From: Pseudanabaena sp. PCC 6802
Lineage (GTDB): Bacteria; Cyanobacteriota; Cyanobacteriia; Pseudanabaenales; Pseudanabaenaceae
DNA: 64,000 bases
NCBI RefSeq assembly: GCF_000332175.1
Contig: NZ_KB235914.1
Coordinates: 4,121,793-4,185,792, forward strand
Reading direction: 5' to 3'
The notes below the pieces were generated by a model, which worked only from the letters and a program-made list of their open reading frames with translations, ran no database searches and had not been told where the DNA came from. Shown piece by piece: positions 60,482 to 64,000 of the stretch. Every line of letters starts with the position of its first letter. The first letter of the stretch is position 1. A program made the translations under genes and the position numbers.

Positions 60482-60795
60482 TTTTTATCCTCCATATCCC
60501 TCAGTTGCCGCTCCAGGCGATCGATACGCCCGCGCAACTCGTCAATTTCATTCTGACGGGGTACGCCCAGATCCTGCATAACGTTGCGAATTTGACGCTG
60601 GATCAAGGACTCCAGATTCACCTGATCGCTTTTAAACCGTTCGGTCATCTCGTTGATAAAGTCCGTCGCCTGTTTGGGGTCGATTTTGCCTTCCTTGACC
60701 CATTCATCGGTGACTTCCTTCAGGCGCTCTGCCATAAGCGAGGTCGTGCCTACCCCGATCATCAGTAGCTGTTTTAGTAAATTAGCACTATCCAT
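60472..60795 (-). CDS. Phasin-family-like small coiled-coil protein
   Basis: About 107 aa helical (…VTDEWVKEGKIDPKQATDFINEMTERFK…IDRLERQLRDME) resembling proteins annotated phasin family in cyanobacteria; 10-bp overlap with rsmI start. Confidence 0.45.
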   Translation of the reverse strand: MDSANLLKQLLMIGVGTTSLMAERLKEVTDEWVKEGKIDPKQATDFINEMTERFKSDQVNLESLIQRQIRNVMQDLGVPRQNEIDELRGRIDRLERQLRDMEDKNWR

Positions 60796-61068
60796 AACTG
60801 TCTGGCTTTTGTTTTTATCATTTAGCTTCTACTACATTCTGACTCAGAAACTATCGACTTAGCCACTCTTCAGCCATCCTGTACGTATGGGGGGCAAGCT
60901 AATAGCTGGTAGCCAATTGCTACTCGGTAAATCTGCATACCACATCCTCTAACGCATATCGCTTATGCTATCTATTACCTATGAGTAAATAGCTTTGCTT
61001 GCTATATAGGCGCGATCGCAGGCAATATAGCAATATAAATTCAAGGTTCATTTAACAGGAGTAACATT

Positions 61069-61488
61069 ATGACTCGCGCCATTATGGAAACGGAAAAAGG
61101 CACTATTAACTTAGAATTGTTCGATCTCGACGCTCCTAATACCGTCAAAAATTTTACCGATCTGGCTCAAAAGGGGTTCTACGATGGGCTAACCTTTCAT
61201 CGCGTGATCCCCAATTTTATGATTCAGGGTGGTTGCCCCAAGGGTGATGGTACTGGAGGGCCTGGCTACAGAATTAAATGCGAGATCAATAGCAACAAAC
61301 ACCTTGCTGGAACTCTCTCCATGGCTCATGCGGGGCCTAATACCGGAGGCAGCCAGTTCTTTATCTGCCACTCGCCCCAACCGCACCTGGACGGCGTACA
61401 TACTACATTTGGGCAAACCAAGGATATGGATGTGGTGAATGCCATCCGTAAGGGCGATAAAATTCTCTCAGTTAAGATCGAAGCGTAG
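61069..61488 (+). CDS. ppiB: Cyclophilin-type peptidyl-prolyl cis-trans isomerase
   Basis: [25 protein letters not shown]...[19 protein letters not shown]. Confidence 0.9.
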   Translation: MTRAIMETEKGTINLELFDLDAPNTVKNFTDLAQKGFYDGLTFHRVIPNFMIQGGCPKGDGTGGPGYRIKCEINSNKHLAGTLSMAHAGPNTGGSQFFICHSPQPHLDGVHTTFGQTKDMDVVNAIRKGDKILSVKIEA

Positions 61489-61559
61489 AAAATATAAAAA
61501 CAACACATAACCCTTCTCCTCGCAGATCGGGAGGAGAAAGCGTTATCCTCTATTCCCTT

Positions 61560-61710
61560 TAGAAATCCCTTTAAAAACTTTAGAACCTGCACACTTGAAT
61601 GCTGAAATCCCGATCCCCCCTAGCCCCCCTTATCAAGGGGGGGATTCTAAAAGCTAACTTTCCCCAGGCTTTGCATTCCCCTAAGTGTGGGGGGGTGGGG
61701 GGCTCGGTTT
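61560..61710. repeat. GC-rich palindromic repeat cluster (atcccccc...ggggggat; tgtgggggggtggggggctcgg)
   Basis: Poly-G/C palindromes resembling a further small-repeat family; not matched to other copies in window. Confidence 0.4.
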
Positions 61711-61772
61711 TATATAAGTCATGCACTTTTAAAACGACTAAAAGCCAGATTGTAATTCTGGAGGCATCCCTA

Positions 61773-64000
61773 TGAGAGCAGTGTTGATGGCTGGCGGATC
61801 GGGAACGAGGCTGCGCCCGCTCACTTGCGATCTACCCAAACCCATGGTTCCTATCCTGAACCGCCCCATCACCGAGCATATTTTACATCTGCTCAAGCAG
61901 CATGGGATTAATGAAGTAATTGCAACTCTGCACTATTTGCCCGATGTAATTCGAGACTATTTCGGAGATGGGCACGATTTCGACGTTAACATGCACTACG
62001 TAGTGGAGGAAGATCGACCGCTCGGCACGGCAGGGTGCGTTAAAAATGTGGAAAGCCTGCTCGATAGTACGTTTTTGGTCATGAGCGGCGACAGTATTAC
62101 CGACTTCGATCTCAGCGCCGCCATTCGCTTTCACAAGCAAAACAGGTCGCAAGCCACTTTACTCCTCAGGCGCGTTAACGAACCCATGGCGTTTGGGGTT
62201 GTGATTACCGACGACCAACACCGCATCCAACGGTTTTTAGAAAAGCCATCCACTAGCGAGGTGTTTTCCGATACGGTAAATACAGGAATTTACATTCTAG
62301 AGCCAGAAGTACTGCGCTATCTCCCACCGAATACTCCCAGCGATTTCTCAGAGGATTTGTTTCCAGTATTGCTAAGTAACAATGTGCCGATGTTCGGCTA
62401 TGTGGCAGACGGTTATTGGTGCGATATTGGTTCGCTCGATGCCTATCGCCAGGCGCAGTACGACGCAATTAGAGGCAGGGTAAATCTGAATTTGGGCTAT
62501 CTACAGCAGCGCACGGGCGTGTGGGTGGGCCAGCATACAGAAATCGATCCTACAGCCCGCATCGAAGCGCCAGTCCTGATTGGAGCTAATTGTTCGATCG
62601 GTCCCAGAGTCAGTATTTCCGCTGGCACCATCATTGGCGATCACGTTACGATTGGCTCTGATGCGGACTTGCAAAGGCCAATTATCAGTAATGGAGTAGT
62701 TGTAGGTGAAGAAAGCCACCTTTGGGCGTGTACGGTGGCGCGTAATGCGCGGATCGATCGCCGCAGTCACGTGATGGAAGGTGCGGTGATTGGCACTAGC
62801 TCGATCGTGGGCGAGGAAGCGCATATTTGCCCTAACGTGCGGATCTGGCCGAGCAAAAAGGTAGAGGCAGGTGCAACGCTGAATAACAATCTGATTTGGG
62901 GTTCGATGGCTACCCGCAATCTGTTTGGACAGAGGGGAGTTTCAGGTTTAGCTAACGTCGATATTACGCCCGAATTTGCCGTGAAGTTGGGAGCTGCCTA
63001 TGGGGCGACTCTAGGCCCTGGAGCGCAGGTGATGGTATCTCGCGATCAGCGCCCGATTTGTCGAATGGTGACGCGATCGCTAATCTCTGGGTTAATGTCC
63101 GTTGGCGCTAATATCCAGAACTTAGAAGATAAAGCCATACCGATCGCCCGCTTTACCGCACCGGGTTTGGGCGTAGCAGGTGGCGTGCACGTTCGGATTC
63201 ATCCAGATAAGAACGATCACGTCCTGATTGAATTTCTCGACAGTAACGGTATCAATTTGGACAAAACCCAGGAAAAGAAAATTGAGAATGCCTACTTTAA
63301 AGAAGATTTTCGCCGCGCTCGCATGGAAGAGATTGGTGAAATCTCTTATCCATCCCGCGTATTCGACTATTACAACAGCGGCTTTGCCCGCAACTTAAAT
63401 ATAGAAGCAATCCGCAATAGTAGTTTTAAACGGGTGATTATTGATTATGTCTACGCAGTTTCTGGGGCAGTTTTGCCGCGCATTCTGGGCAAGTTTAACT
63501 GTGACGTGATCGTGCTGAACGCCAGTCTCAATCAAGTTGCACCTCCCATCTGCGAACGCGAAAAAATGCTGGAGCAACTGAGCGATGTGGTAGTGGCACT
63601 CAAAGCGAGTTTCGGCGTACAGGTATTCGCTAATGGCGAGAAAATGATTCTAATTGATGAAACTGGAGCAATAATCCGAGATGAGATTCTCACTGGTACG
63701 ATCGTGGATATGGCGCTAACAGCACAGCCAGGCAGTACAGTAGTCGTACCAGTTTCAATTTCGGGCTTGGTCGAGCAAGTGGCAACTCAGCATCATGGTA
63801 AGGTAGTTCGGACTAAATCCAGTCCTACAGCGTTAATGCTGGCGTGCCAAAAGACTGAGGGAGCTATTCTGGGAGGCTCGGCGGAGATGGGATTTATCTT
63901 CCCCAAACTGCATCCTGGTTTTGATGCCATGTTTTGTGTCGCCAAGATTATTGAGTGGCTGACCATTCAAGAGCGAACTCTATCGCAAGTGCGGCAGGGG
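61773..64000 (+). CDS. Large NDP-sugar pyrophosphorylase with C-terminal phosphohexomutase-like region, 3'-partial (runs off window)
   Basis: MRAVLMAGGSGTRLRPLTCDLPKPMVPI nucleotidyltransferase; hexapeptide beta-helix; frame remains open to nt 64000 (checked codon by codon); paralogue of 47888..49039. Confidence 0.8.

Overview
This window is a cyanobacterial chromosome segment. It has the extreme GCGATCGC (HIP1) octamer density typical of cyanobacteria and carries psb27, a CruA/CruP-like FAD oxidoreductase, tig-clpP-clpX and a thiC TPP riboswitch. Overall GC looks to be roughly 50% by eye. No rRNA, CRISPR array, transposase or integrase was found.

The window mixes core housekeeping genes with accessory and signalling content:
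- **Housekeeping:** cobD, ilvH, thiC, trpB, tatA, pth, ssb, rsmI, rfbD, ppiB, tRNA-Ser(CGA), an aspartate-type aminotransferase and two NDP-sugar pyrophosphorylases.
- **Polysaccharide module:** an AT-rich pair of family-2 glycosyltransferases at the left edge.
- **Signalling and accessory genes:** a 1619-aa STAND (NB-ARC-like) NTPase fused to about 28 TPR units, sitting just downstream of a GNAT and a J-domain protein on the same strand. There is also a convergent Ser/Thr kinase and pseudokinase-WD40 pair, the latter co-oriented with a catalytically dead ClpR-like gene, plus a zinc-ribbon PP2C phosphatase and a GAF-GGDEF cyclase. Other accessory genes are an RTX-type Ca-binding protein, a flotillin, two CDF metal exporters, two Uma2 endonucleases, and a membrane-anchored DUF559/PD-(D/E)xK-like protein apparently in an operon with ssb.

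The most unusual coding feature is a Rho_N/DUF4912 protein carrying about 1 kb of near-perfect tandem 15- and 18-bp repeats that encode (MSGVG)n.

The intergenic space is populated by at least four families of MITE-like palindromic repeats built around a shared GC-rich core and inserted in both orientations. There are also heptanucleotide STRR-like repeats, a 32-bp tandem repeat and a dispersed roughly 45-bp hairpin repeat. Several ORFs in the six-frame track (PDMPTPD-repeat, SPITHHP, and ORFs running through the MITEs) are artefacts of these repeats.

All domain calls come from motif recognition by eye and recalled family signatures. No database search was run.
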